Source of the DNA: an uncultured Aquificales bacterium
GTDB lineage: Bacteria; Thermosulfidibacterota; Thermosulfidibacteria; Thermosulfidibacterales; B14-G1
Reading direction: 5' to 3'
DNA length: 33,719 bases
NCBI GenBank assembly: GCA_964493535.1
Contig: CAZBOO010000002.1
Location: 1-33,719 of the forward strand
Shown here: positions 10,520-18,737 of the stretch, in pieces
How positions within the stretch are numbered: the first letter of the stretch is position 1
Layout: each line of letters starts with the position of its first letter
Position numbers and translations under genes: made by a program
Notes under the pieces: generated by a model
Told to the model about the DNA's origin: nothing
Databases searched by the model: none
The model's input: only the letters and a program-made list of their open reading frames with translations

Positions 10520-11116
10520 ATGATTGAGAGTAAGGATAAGAAGCATCGGGACGTACTGAAAGAACTGGACTTAGGGGGAAAAATCCGGGGCCTCAGATTG
10601 AAAAAGGGCATGACCTTGAAGGATGTCTCTGAGAAAACGGGATTCTCCACAGCCCTTCTATCACAAATAGAAAACAGCATCGTCTCCCCCCCCATCTCCA
10701 CCCTTTGGAGAATCTCCCAGGCCTTAGATGCAAAGCTCATCTACTTCTTCCAACAAAGCCCCGTCGAGCAGCAGGACTATTTTGTAGTGAGGAAGGGAAA
10801 GGGAAAGTCTGTCTTTCGCCAGGAGTCCAGGTACGCCATAAACTATCACTCCTTGGGCTACGGAAAAGAAGACCGGAAAATGGACCCATACCTCGTTCAA
10901 TTCACAGGAGAAGAAGAGCCTATGGAAGCCTTGGGCCACGATGGAGAAGAGTTCCTCTATGTGCTCCAGGGCCGCATCCATCTCACTTATGGTGACAAAA
11001 CAATCATCCTGGAAGAGGGAGATTCCATCTACTATGACTCCCAAGTCATCCACAAGGCTGAAGGGATACCTGGTACTACTCTATTGGCGGTTCTATACAG
11101 AGGCAACAAAGAGTGA
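10520..11116 (+). CDS. XRE-family HTH transcriptional regulator with C-terminal cupin domain
   Basis: The N-terminus GGKIRGLRLKKGMTLKDVSEKTGFSTALLSQIENS is an HTH_3 sequence. The C-terminus GEEFLYVLQGRIHLTYGDKTIILEEGDSIYYDSQVIH is a cupin_2 sequence. Confidence 0.88.
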   Translation: MIESKDKKHRDVLKELDLGGKIRGLRLKKGMTLKDVSEKTGFSTALLSQIENSIVSPPISTLWRISQALDAKLIYFFQQSPVEQQDYFVVRKGKGKSVFRQESRYAINYHSLGYGKEDRKMDPYLVQFTGEEEPMEALGHDGEEFLYVLQGRIHLTYGDKTIILEEGDSIYYDSQVIHKAEGIPGTTLLAVLYRGNKE

Positions 11117-11144
11117 CCTCAGAAACGAGAAAGGAAAATACAGT

Positions 11145-12323
11145 ATGGAGAAGGTGGTGATCTTAAGCGGTGATAGAACACCCATAGGCAACCTTATGGG
11201 AGGACTAAGCACTACTCCAGCCACCCATTTGGGGGCCATAGCCGTCAAAGAGGCAGTAAAAAGGGCAGGGATAGATATCAACAAAATTGGAGAGGTCCTT
11301 ATGGGCCAGGTGCTCCAAGCAGGAGCGGGCCAGGCCCCCGCCCGTCAGGCCATGCGCTACGCCGGCATCCCCGATAACGTGAACGCTACAACCATAAATA
11401 AGGTATGTGGATCGGGGCTCAAGGCCGTCTGCTTAGGAGCCAACGCCATCAAGCTGGGAGAAACAGAGATCGTAGTAGCAGGGGGCATGGAGAATATGAC
11501 CCTCTGTCCCTACAGCCTTCCCAAGGCCAGAATGGGGTATCGGCTGGGAGACGGCAAAATCGTAGATACCATGGTCTACGACGGTTTATGGGACCCTTAT
11601 GAGGACTTCCACATGCTCATGACAGGGGAGCTTATCGCCGAGAAGTGTGAGATTTCCCGGGAAGAAATGGATGCCTTCTCCTTAGAAAGCAACAACAGGG
11701 CCCTGAAGGCTATGGCCGAGGGGTGGTTCAAGGATGAGATCATCCCTGTGGAGGTAAAACAGAGAAAGGGCACCATCATCGTAGACAGGGACGAGGGTCC
11801 CAGGAAAACCAGCATGGAAAAACTGGCCAAGTTACCTCCTGCTTTCAAAAAAGATGGTAATGTCACAGCAGGCAACGCCTCCAAGATCAGCGACGGTGCC
11901 GCTGCTGTAGTCATCGCCTCCATGAAAAAAGCGGAGAAACTGGGGATTAAACCCTTAGCCAAAATAGTAGCCTACAACTATTGGCATGTGGAGCCCAAGT
12001 GGGTTATGGAAGCCCCCGTACCCGGGGTCAGGGCCCTCTTAGAAAAGACGGGCTTAACCATTAATGATATAGACCTGGTGGAGCACAACGAGGCCTTTGC
12101 TTCCGCCTCCTGTGCGGTGAAGAAGGCCTTGGACATCCCCCACGAGAAGTTCAACGTCCATGGAGGGGCTGTAGCCTTAGGTCACCCTATAGGGGCCAGC
12201 GGATGCCGCATCCTGGTCACCCTCATTTACGCCTTGAAACAAAAAGGATTAAAGAGAGGCCTGGCCACCGTATGTTTGGGAGGCGGTGGCGCCGTAAGCA
12301 TGATTATAGAGCTGGTGGACTGA
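11145..12323 (+). CDS. Acetyl-CoA C-acetyltransferase (thiolase II)
   Basis: MEKVVILSGDRTPIG..., active-site NKVCGSGLKA, then NEAFA, GGAVALGHPIGASGCRI and CLGGGGA. ATG at 11145 gives the family N-terminus. The track ORF from 10941 is an out-of-context extension that overlaps the regulator gene. Confidence 0.93.
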   Translation: MEKVVILSGDRTPIGNLMGGLSTTPATHLGAIAVKEAVKRAGIDINKIGEVLMGQVLQAGAGQAPARQAMRYAGIPDNVNATTINKVCGSGLKAVCLGANAIKLGETEIVVAGGMENMTLCPYSLPKARMGYRLGDGKIVDTMVYDGLWDPYEDFHMLMTGELIAEKCEISREEMDAFSLESNNRALKAMAEGWFKDEIIPVEVKQRKGTIIVDRDEGPRKTSMEKLAKLPPAFKKDGNVTAGNASKISDGAAAVVIASMKKAEKLGIKPLAKIVAYNYWHVEPKWVMEAPVPGVRALLEKTGLTINDIDLVEHNEAFASASCAVKKALDIPHEKFNVHGGAVALGHPIGASGCRILVTLIYALKQKGLKRGLATVCLGGGGAVSMIIELVD

Positions 12324-12336
12324 AGGAGGTGGCAAA

Positions 12337-13197
12337 ATGAGACTGGAGGATATCAAGAAGATCGGTGTGGTGGGCGCAGGCACCATGGGCAACGGCATCG
12401 CCCAAGTCTGCGCCATGGCAGCTTACCAGGTGCTCATGAGGGACGTCACCTTAGAATTAGCCAGGAAGGGTCTCAACACCATAAGGAAGAGTTTGGACAG
12501 AATGGTCAAAAAAGGGGCCATCTCGGCAAAAGAGAAGGAAGCTACCTTGTCCCGGGTACAACTCACAGAAAAGTTAGAAGATTTAAAAGATATAGACTTT
12601 GCCATAGAGGCTGTCACGGAGAACATAGGCGTTAAAGAAGAGGTCTTCAAAACCCTGGACAGCCTATGCCCTCCCCGGGTCATCCTGGCCAGCAACACCT
12701 CATCCATCTCCATCACCAAGATAGCCACTTTCACAAAGAGACCCTCCCAGGTTATGGGCATACATTTCATGAACCCTGTACCCGTCATGAAACTCATCGA
12801 GGTCATCGAGGGGTTACAAACCTCCCAGGAAACCTCGGACCTGGTGGTCAAGCTCTCGGAGAAACTGGGCAAGGTACCCGTGGTGATCAAGGATTCCCCG
12901 GGCTTCGTCTCCAACAGGGTCCTCATGCCTATGATCAACGAGGCCGTTTTCGCCCTTTACGAGGGAGTAGGCTCTCCTGAAGCCATAGACACCATCATGA
13001 AGTTGGGGGCCAATCATCCCATGGGACCCCTAAACCTGGCAGACCTTATAGGACTGGACACTTGCCTCTACATTCTTCATGTCATGTATGACAGCTTCGG
13101 AGACCCCAAATACCGGCCCTGCCCCCTTCTGGTGAAGATGGTAGATGCCGGGTACTTAGGAAGAAAGGCAGGCAAAGGCTTCTACAATTACTCTTAA
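12337..13197 (+). CDS. hbd: 3-hydroxybutyryl-CoA (3-hydroxyacyl-CoA) dehydrogenase
   Basis: IGVVGAGTMGNGIAQV Rossmann motif, SNTSSISIT and GIHFMNPVPVMKLIEV, plus a C-terminal 3HCDH domain. It lies 13 nt after the thiolase gene. Confidence 0.92.
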   Translation: MRLEDIKKIGVVGAGTMGNGIAQVCAMAAYQVLMRDVTLELARKGLNTIRKSLDRMVKKGAISAKEKEATLSRVQLTEKLEDLKDIDFAIEAVTENIGVKEEVFKTLDSLCPPRVILASNTSSISITKIATFTKRPSQVMGIHFMNPVPVMKLIEVIEGLQTSQETSDLVVKLSEKLGKVPVVIKDSPGFVSNRVLMPMINEAVFALYEGVGSPEAIDTIMKLGANHPMGPLNLADLIGLDTCLYILHVMYDSFGDPKYRPCPLLVKMVDAGYLGRKAGKGFYNYS

Positions 13198-13345
13198 GGA
13201 AGCAAGATATCCCTTGGAAATGGAGGCAGAGAAAGAGTCACATACCTCTTCTCCCAAGCCAATTAACAAAGATGAAGGAAAACAGGCCCTTTTATAAGAA
13301 AGCCCCAATTTCAGGGCACTTAGAGACCCTTTGTAGGAGGGTAAG

Positions 13346-14488
13346 ATGAAGTTCGAGTTTACTGAAGAGCAGAAGATGGTCAGGGATATGGTACGGCGCT
13401 TCTCAGAAGAAGAGCTGAAACCCAAAGCATCAGAAATGGAGGAAAAAGAAGAGATATTCCCCGAAATCTACAAACAACTGACAGAGCTGGGGCTCTTAGG
13501 CGTATACGTGCCGGAGGAATACGGGGGAGCGGGTATGGACATGATCTCCTATGCCACAGTGGTGGAAGAGCTGAGCCGGGGATGTGCATCCACAGGGATC
13601 CTGGTCTCAGCCCACACCTCCTTAGTGGTGGATCCCATCTTCCATTACGGCACAGAGGAACAAAAGAAGAGGTTCCTTGCGCCTTTAGCCAAAGGAGAGA
13701 AGATAGGCGCCCATGCCATGACGGAACCTGGGGCAGGCACAGACGTGGTCTCCATCTCCGCCACAGCCGAAAAGGATGGGGATTCCTACATCCTTAACGG
13801 CACCAAGCAGTTCATCACCAACGGTCGGGAATCCGGGGTCTATCTGGTCTTTGCCATGACAGACAAAGAGAAGCGCCATAAAGGGATGAGCGCCTTCATT
13901 GTGGAGAAAGAGACCCCTGGGTTCTCCATAGGGAAACTGGAGCATAAACTGGGCATCAGGGCCTCCTCCACGGCGGAGCTTATATTTGAGGACTGCCGGA
14001 TACCTGCCAGCAACCTATTGGGAGAAGAAGGACGAGGCTTTTACATTGCCATGGATTGTTACGATGGAGGCAGGATAGGGGTGGCAGCTCAAGCCGTAGG
14101 TATAGCACAGGCCGCCTATGAAGAAGCGGTGGAGTTCGCCAAAACCCGCATTCAGTTCGGTCAGCCCATAGCTAAATTCCAGGCTATCCAATTCAAGCTG
14201 GCGGATATGGCCACTATAATAGAGGCAGCCCGTCTCCTCTATCTGAAATCCGCCTGGTTGAAACAGGAAGGCAAACCCTACTACCAACTCTCCGCTATGG
14301 CCAAACTTTTCGCCTCTGATGTAGCTATGAGAGTAACCAGAGAGGCTATCCAAGTCCACGGAGGCTACGGCTTCATAAAAGAATACTCCGTAGAACGTCA
14401 CTACAGAGATGCCAAGATCACCGAAATTTACGAGGGCACATCGGAAGCCCAGCGACTCACCATTGCCAGGAACCTGTTGAAAGGCTAA
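13346..14488 (+). CDS. Short/medium-chain acyl-CoA dehydrogenase (butyryl-CoA dehydrogenase type)
   Basis: 380 aa. TEPGAGTDV, FITNG and the C-terminal catalytic-base block ITEIYEGTSEAQRLTIAR. RBS GGAGGG upstream. Confidence 0.9.
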   Translation: MKFEFTEEQKMVRDMVRRFSEEELKPKASEMEEKEEIFPEIYKQLTELGLLGVYVPEEYGGAGMDMISYATVVEELSRGCASTGILVSAHTSLVVDPIFHYGTEEQKKRFLAPLAKGEKIGAHAMTEPGAGTDVVSISATAEKDGDSYILNGTKQFITNGRESGVYLVFAMTDKEKRHKGMSAFIVEKETPGFSIGKLEHKLGIRASSTAELIFEDCRIPASNLLGEEGRGFYIAMDCYDGGRIGVAAQAVGIAQAAYEEAVEFAKTRIQFGQPIAKFQAIQFKLADMATIIEAARLLYLKSAWLKQEGKPYYQLSAMAKLFASDVAMRVTREAIQVHGGYGFIKEYSVERHYRDAKITEIYEGTSEAQRLTIARNLLKG

Positions 14489-14491
14489 TAA

Positions 14492-14523
14492 AGCGTCCGG
14501 CGGAGTTATGCCCGCCGGACGCT
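14492..14523 (+). terminator. GC-rich hairpin (12-bp stem, 8-nt loop) right after the acd stop; possible partial terminator, attenuator or processing site
   Basis: AGCGTCCGGCGG-agttatgc-CCGCCGGACGCT followed by CCTCTTT. The tail is only weakly T-rich. The track ATG at 14508 sits in the loop. Confidence 0.5.
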
Positions 14524-14570
14524 CCTCTTTGACAATGGTTTTTAAAAGGAAAAGGGAAGGAGGTAATGCC

Positions 14571-15365
14571 ATGAAAGTAATAGTATTTTGCAAATCCGTT
14601 CCCGATACAGAAACCCGAGTAAGACTCAAAAACAACCGTCTGGATAAGAGCGAGATCAAGTACATCCTGAACCCCTACGACGAGTATGCCGTGGAGGAAG
14701 CGGTAAGGATGAAAGAAGCGGGTAAGGTAGAGGAGATTGTGGCTGTTTCCATGGGCCCCGAAAGGGCCAGGGATGCTCTGAGGAGCACTCTGGCCATTGG
14801 AGCCGACAGGGGGGTTTTGATCAAGGACGATGCTCTGGACGGCTCCGACACCTACACCACCGCAAAGGTACTGGTAAAGGCCCTGGAAAAGGATGGAGTA
14901 GAATACGGTATGCTTCTCTTCGGCCAGCAAGCCATAGACGGTGACACCTGGCAGGTCCCTGGCCAAGTAGCGGAGATGCTGGGCCTCCCCCAAGCAGGCT
15001 CAATCCTCAAGTTAGAGGTGGACCCCGACGGGGGAAAGGCCGTGGCCAACAGGATGGTAGAAGGAGGAGAGGAGATCCATGAGATGAACCTGCCCTGCGT
15101 GGTCACCTGCCGAAAGGGCCTTAACGAACCCCGCTATCCCTCCCTGCCCAATATCATGAAGGCCAAAAGAAAACCCATTCAAGACCACTCTGTAGCTGAT
15201 CTGGGTCTTTCTCCCGAAGAGGTGGGCCAGGCAGGCTCTTTCACCGAGATCCTCTCTTATGCCCTGCCGCCCCGGAAGGAGGCAGGCAAAAAAGTGGAAG
15301 GGGAGCCTGAAGAGGTGGTCCAGGCCCTCATCCAGTACCTTAAAGATGAAATCAAGGCCATCTAA
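14571..15365 (+). CDS. etfB: Electron transfer flavoprotein, beta subunit
   Basis: MKVIVFCKSVPDTETRVRL...NPYDEYAVEEAVR...GQQAIDGDTWQV. ATG at 14571 lies 7 nt after GGAAGGAGG. The track start at 14508 is upstream of the RBS. Confidence 0.92.
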   Translation: MKVIVFCKSVPDTETRVRLKNNRLDKSEIKYILNPYDEYAVEEAVRMKEAGKVEEIVAVSMGPERARDALRSTLAIGADRGVLIKDDALDGSDTYTTAKVLVKALEKDGVEYGMLLFGQQAIDGDTWQVPGQVAEMLGLPQAGSILKLEVDPDGGKAVANRMVEGGEEIHEMNLPCVVTCRKGLNEPRYPSLPNIMKAKRKPIQDHSVADLGLSPEEVGQAGSFTEILSYALPPRKEAGKKVEGEPEEVVQALIQYLKDEIKAI

Positions 15366-15377
15366 GGGAGTGACAAG

Positions 15378-16364
15378 ATGAGCGTTTGGGTAATTGCGGA
15401 CCACAGGAAGGAGGCCCTCAGGAAACCCGCTTATGAGGCCCTATCTGAAGGAAGAAGGTTGGCGGATCAACTGGGTACCACCATGGAAACCGTCATAGCA
15501 GGACACAATGTGGAAGGCCTTTGCCAAGAGATAGCCTCCTACGGCGCCGATAAGATCTACATTATAGAACACGAACTCTTAGGCTCCTACAATCCCCCTG
15601 CTTACGCCAGGGTCGTGGGAGATCTTATCAAAGAGAAACAGCCCCAGATCGTGCTCATGGGTGGCACCATGACGGGACGGGACCTCATGCCCAGGATCGC
15701 TGCCCGGGTGGGAGCCGGTCTGGCCCCGGATTGCATCCAGTTAGAGATCGTGGATGGAAAATTGAAGGCCCTAAGACCCGCCATTGCAGGAAAAGTACGG
15801 GTTGAGATCGGCTTCAAATCCGACATGCAAACAGCCATCCTCAGGCCCAACGTCTTTGAAAAGTTGGAGCCCGACACATCCAAACCAGCCGATGTGGAGA
15901 AGGTGCCCTTTGAGCCCACGGAGCTGGACTCAAAGCAGAAACTGGTGGAATTCGCTTCCAAGGAGACGGGCAGACCCGAACTCACAGAGGCAGAGATCGT
16001 CGTCTCCGGTGGCAGAGGCATGAAGGCCCCCGAGAACTTCGCCATCATCGAAGAGCTGGCGGATCTATTAAGGGCCGCCGTGGGAGCCAGCAGGGCCGCC
16101 GTGGATGCTGGTTGGAGGCCCCAGAGCGATCAGGTAGGCCAAACGGGGAAAACCGTCACCCCCAACCTCTATGTCGCCGTGGGCATCTCGGGCGCCATCC
16201 AGCACCTTGCGGGTATGTCTTCCAGCAAGCACATCGTAGCCATCAACAAGGACCCCGATGCCCCCATCCTCAACTTAGCAGATTTCGGCGTGGTGGGTGA
16301 CCTCTTTAAAGTAGTGCCCCCCATCACTGAAAAGATTAAACAAATCAAGGACCAGGAGGGTTAG
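15378..16364 (+). CDS. etfA: Electron transfer flavoprotein, alpha subunit
   Basis: VVSGGRGM..., [11 protein letters not shown] and [19 protein letters not shown] form the FAD-binding C-terminal domain. It lies 12 nt after etfB. Confidence 0.92.
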   Translation: MSVWVIADHRKEALRKPAYEALSEGRRLADQLGTTMETVIAGHNVEGLCQEIASYGADKIYIIEHELLGSYNPPAYARVVGDLIKEKQPQIVLMGGTMTGRDLMPRIAARVGAGLAPDCIQLEIVDGKLKALRPAIAGKVRVEIGFKSDMQTAILRPNVFEKLEPDTSKPADVEKVPFEPTELDSKQKLVEFASKETGRPELTEAEIVVSGGRGMKAPENFAIIEELADLLRAAVGASRAAVDAGWRPQSDQVGQTGKTVTPNLYVAVGISGAIQHLAGMSSSKHIVAINKDPDAPILNLADFGVVGDLFKVVPPITEKIKQIKDQEG

Positions 16365-16376
16365 CGGGAGGATAAC

Positions 16377-18368
16377 ATGATCGATCCCCAGAACATCACC
16401 CGGCACGTGTACTGGAACGTACCAACCCTTTTCAAGATACTGGTCTACTTAGGCGGTTTAAGTGTCATGGCCTTGGCCATCTGGGGTTTATATCGCCACA
16501 TCCAACTGTGGAAGAAGGGCAAAGAGGAAGACCGGAAAGACGCCCTGAAAGAGCGCCTCCTGTTTGCCGCCAAAAATGTGTTCCTCCACACCCGAATTCT
16601 CACAGATCAATACCCGGGACTTATGCACTTAGCCATCTTCTGGGGATTCCTCGTCCTCCTCATAGGCACCATCCTTGTAGCTATAGAGGCCGATGTACCC
16701 TTTGTCCACTTCTACTACGGCATCTTCTATCTCCTTGTCTCCCTGATTCTGGATCTGGCCGGCATCATCCTCATCATCGGCCTTGGCATGGCCCTTTACA
16801 GGAGGCTCAAGGAAAAACCAGAGAGACTCAAACCGGAAAAAGGGGAGGACAACCTTATCCTTTACCTCCTCCTGGCCGTGGCTGTCACAGGATTCTTGAC
16901 AGAAGCCGCACGCATAGCTTCCCAGGGCCTTTCTTCCTTCGAGCTTTACTCCCCAGCAGGTTTCCTGCTGGCTATCCCTCTTAAAATAGTGGGGCTAAGC
17001 GGTCGCCTCACCCACCGGCTCCTCTGGTTCGTCCACATGCTCCTCTCTTTCGTCTTCATAGCCTACATAGGCTATTCCAAGCTCATTCACATCCTTGTAA
17101 CACCTGCCAGCATCGTCTTCCGGGATAAGAGATCCTATGGGGTGCTGGATCCTATCCCCAATATGGAAGAGGCAGAGAGCTTCGGCCTCACCAAGGTGGA
17201 GGAGCTGAGCTGGAAGCAACTCATGGACCTGGATGCCTGTATGCGCTGCGGTCGCTGTCAAGATGCCTGTCCCGCCTACAACACAGAAAAAAACCTCTCT
17301 CCCAAAAACCTTATCCAGGACCTTAAAGAACATATGAATGACCGGTTAGTGCAGGGGAAAAACCCCGAGGAATGCACCCCTTATGAAAGGGTGCCCGACG
17401 ACGTAATATGGGCGTGCACCACCTGTGGAGCCTGCATGGAAGAATGCCCCGCCTACATAGAACATATCGACAAGATCGTAGAGATGCGCCGGTACCTGAG
17501 CCTCATGGAAGGACGCATACCCGAGGAGTTGAATCAGACCTTCCGGAATATGGAAAACAACTACAACCCTTGGGGCATGGGCTTTGCCAACAGGGCCGAC
17601 TGGGCCGAAGGCCTGGATATCCCCTTCCTCTCTGGGAAAGGGACGGCCGTATATCTCCTCTGGGTCGGATGCGCAGGGGCTTACGATGACAGGTATAAAA
17701 AGGTGATGAAGGCCCTGGTAGAGATCCTGAAGGCCGCCCAAATAGACTTCGCCATCCTGGGCACGGAAGAGAAGTGCTGCGGTGACTGGGCCAGAAGGCT
17801 GGGGAACGAGCACCTCTTCTGGATGATGGCCACGGAGAATGTGGAAACTCTCAAGGGCTATGGCATAAAAAAGATCATCACTACCTGCCCCCATGGGTAC
17901 CACACCTTTAAAAACGAATATCCCCAGCTGGGAGGAGAGTATGAGGTGATCCACCATACCCAGCTCATCGCCCGGCTCTTAGAAGAGGGAAGACTCACCC
18001 TTAAAAAGGAGCTGGAAGGGGTCTTCACCTATCACGACTCCTGCTATCTGGGAAGACATAACGGCATCTACGAGGCTCCCAGGCAAATCCTCCGGAAGGT
18101 GGGGCTTACCCTCAAGGAAATGGAGAAAAACCGGGAAAAGGGGTTCTGCTGCGGCGCTGGTGGAGGCCGTATGTGGTTAGAGGAAAACATTGGCACCAGG
18201 ATCAACTATGCCCGCTGCGATCAAGCTCTGGCTGCTAATCCCCAGGGTATCGCCACCGCCTGTCCCTTCTGCCTCACCATGTTCGATGACGGACTGAAGG
18301 CCAAGGACAAGGCCGAAGAAATTCAGCTGAAAGATATTGCAGAACTGGTAGCCGAAGCTATAAAGTAG
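16377..18368 (+). CDS. Membrane-anchored Fe-S oxidoreductase: N-terminal polytopic (NarI/DsrM-like) domain fused to a 2x[4Fe-4S] ferredoxin and a double CCG (HdrD/GlpC-like) domain; candidate ETF:menaquinone oxidoreductase
   Basis: Roughly the first 250 aa contain about 5-6 hydrophobic helices with conserved-looking His residues. After them come CMRCGRCQDACP and CTTCGACMEECP, then the CCG-type Cys blocks CCGDW / CPHGY and CCGAGGG / CPFC. It lies 12 nt after etfA. Confidence 0.8.
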   Translation: MIDPQNITRHVYWNVPTLFKILVYLGGLSVMALAIWGLYRHIQLWKKGKEEDRKDALKERLLFAAKNVFLHTRILTDQYPGLMHLAIFWGFLVLLIGTILVAIEADVPFVHFYYGIFYLLVSLILDLAGIILIIGLGMALYRRLKEKPERLKPEKGEDNLILYLLLAVAVTGFLTEAARIASQGLSSFELYSPAGFLLAIPLKIVGLSGRLTHRLLWFVHMLLSFVFIAYIGYSKLIHILVTPASIVFRDKRSYGVLDPIPNMEEAESFGLTKVEELSWKQLMDLDACMRCGRCQDACPAYNTEKNLSPKNLIQDLKEHMNDRLVQGKNPEECTPYERVPDDVIWACTTCGACMEECPAYIEHIDKIVEMRRYLSLMEGRIPEELNQTFRNMENNYNPWGMGFANRADWAEGLDIPFLSGKGTAVYLLWVGCAGAYDDRYKKVMKALVEILKAAQIDFAILGTEEKCCGDWARRLGNEHLFWMMATENVETLKGYGIKKIITTCPHGYHTFKNEYPQLGGEYEVIHHTQLIARLLEEGRLTLKKELEGVFTYHDSCYLGRHNGIYEAPRQILRKVGLTLKEMEKNREKGFCCGAGGGRMWLEENIGTRINYARCDQALAANPQGIATACPFCLTMFDDGLKAKDKAEEIQLKDIAELVAEAIK

Positions 18369-18375
18369 GAGCATC

Positions 18376-18401
18376 GGGAGGGGCAGAGTACAACCCCTCC
18401 C
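18376..18401 (+). other. Stem-loop GGGAGGGG-N10-CCCCTCCC with no U-tract, after the oxidoreductase gene
   Basis: A perfect 8-bp G/C-rich stem read directly from the sequence. It may be an RNA stability or processing element, or a weak terminator. Confidence 0.35.
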
Positions 18402-18428
18402 CACTTCTCCAGCAAGGAGGCAAATGTC

Positions 18429-18737
18429 ATGAGCGCTGAGCTGAACCTGGATAAATTAGCCATGAGCGGCCATCTGAACATGGGCAAATTAGAACCCGTA
18501 AAGAGGTTCATGGATGAGCTGAAGGAACTCTATCCCGCCCCCTGGCACTATCACGAAGTACGCATCCAGGCCCCCGACGGCAAGGAGTACGTGGTCTTTT
18601 CCCCTGAAGGCAGAGCCGATACCATCACCATCCTGTGCGAAGAGACGGGGCACGCCGAGTGGTTCCATGAGTTAAAAGATGTCTGTGAGCACCTACGAGG
18701 AAAAGGGGTCACCCGTTTACCATTGATAGAAGCTTAA
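18429..18737 (+). CDS. Hypothetical protein, 102 aa (no family recognised)
   Basis: Strong RBS AAGGAGG 8 nt before the ATG. It is on the same strand as the ETF cluster and 60 nt downstream of it. I recognise no motif. Confidence 0.55.
   Translation: MSAELNLDKLAMSGHLNMGKLEPVKRFMDELKELYPAPWHYHEVRIQAPDGKEYVVFSPEGRADTITILCEETGHAEWFHELKDVCEHLRGKGVTRLPLIEA

Noticed and set aside
10941-11144. A 68-aa N-terminal extension of the thiolase ORF that overlaps the XRE-cupin gene.
   Set aside because: The extension is in a different frame from the regulator and has no thiolase-like sequence. ATG 11145 gives the canonical MEKVVILSGDRTPIG start.
14015-14665. Long antisense or alternative-frame ORFs in the track. 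Examples: 563..997(-), 2112..2798(+), 4230..4811(+), 14015..14665(-), 17346..17957(-), 20720..21397(-), 27201..27935(+), 23895..24296(-).
   Set aside because: Each lies entirely within, or opposite to, a gene with strong family motifs. Their translations are low-complexity (P/G/R/S-rich) and they lack RBSs. This is typical shadow-ORF behaviour in moderately GC-rich DNA.
18699-18710. A canonical -1 programmed frameshift site in the overlap between ORF 18429..18737 and the start-less frame.
   Set aside because: GGA AAA GGG does not fit the X XXY YYZ slippery heptamer in the zero frame. I see no obvious downstream pseudoknot or hairpin at the right spacing. An indel in the A4G4 run is the more economical explanation, so programmed frameshifting is kept only as a minor alternative.
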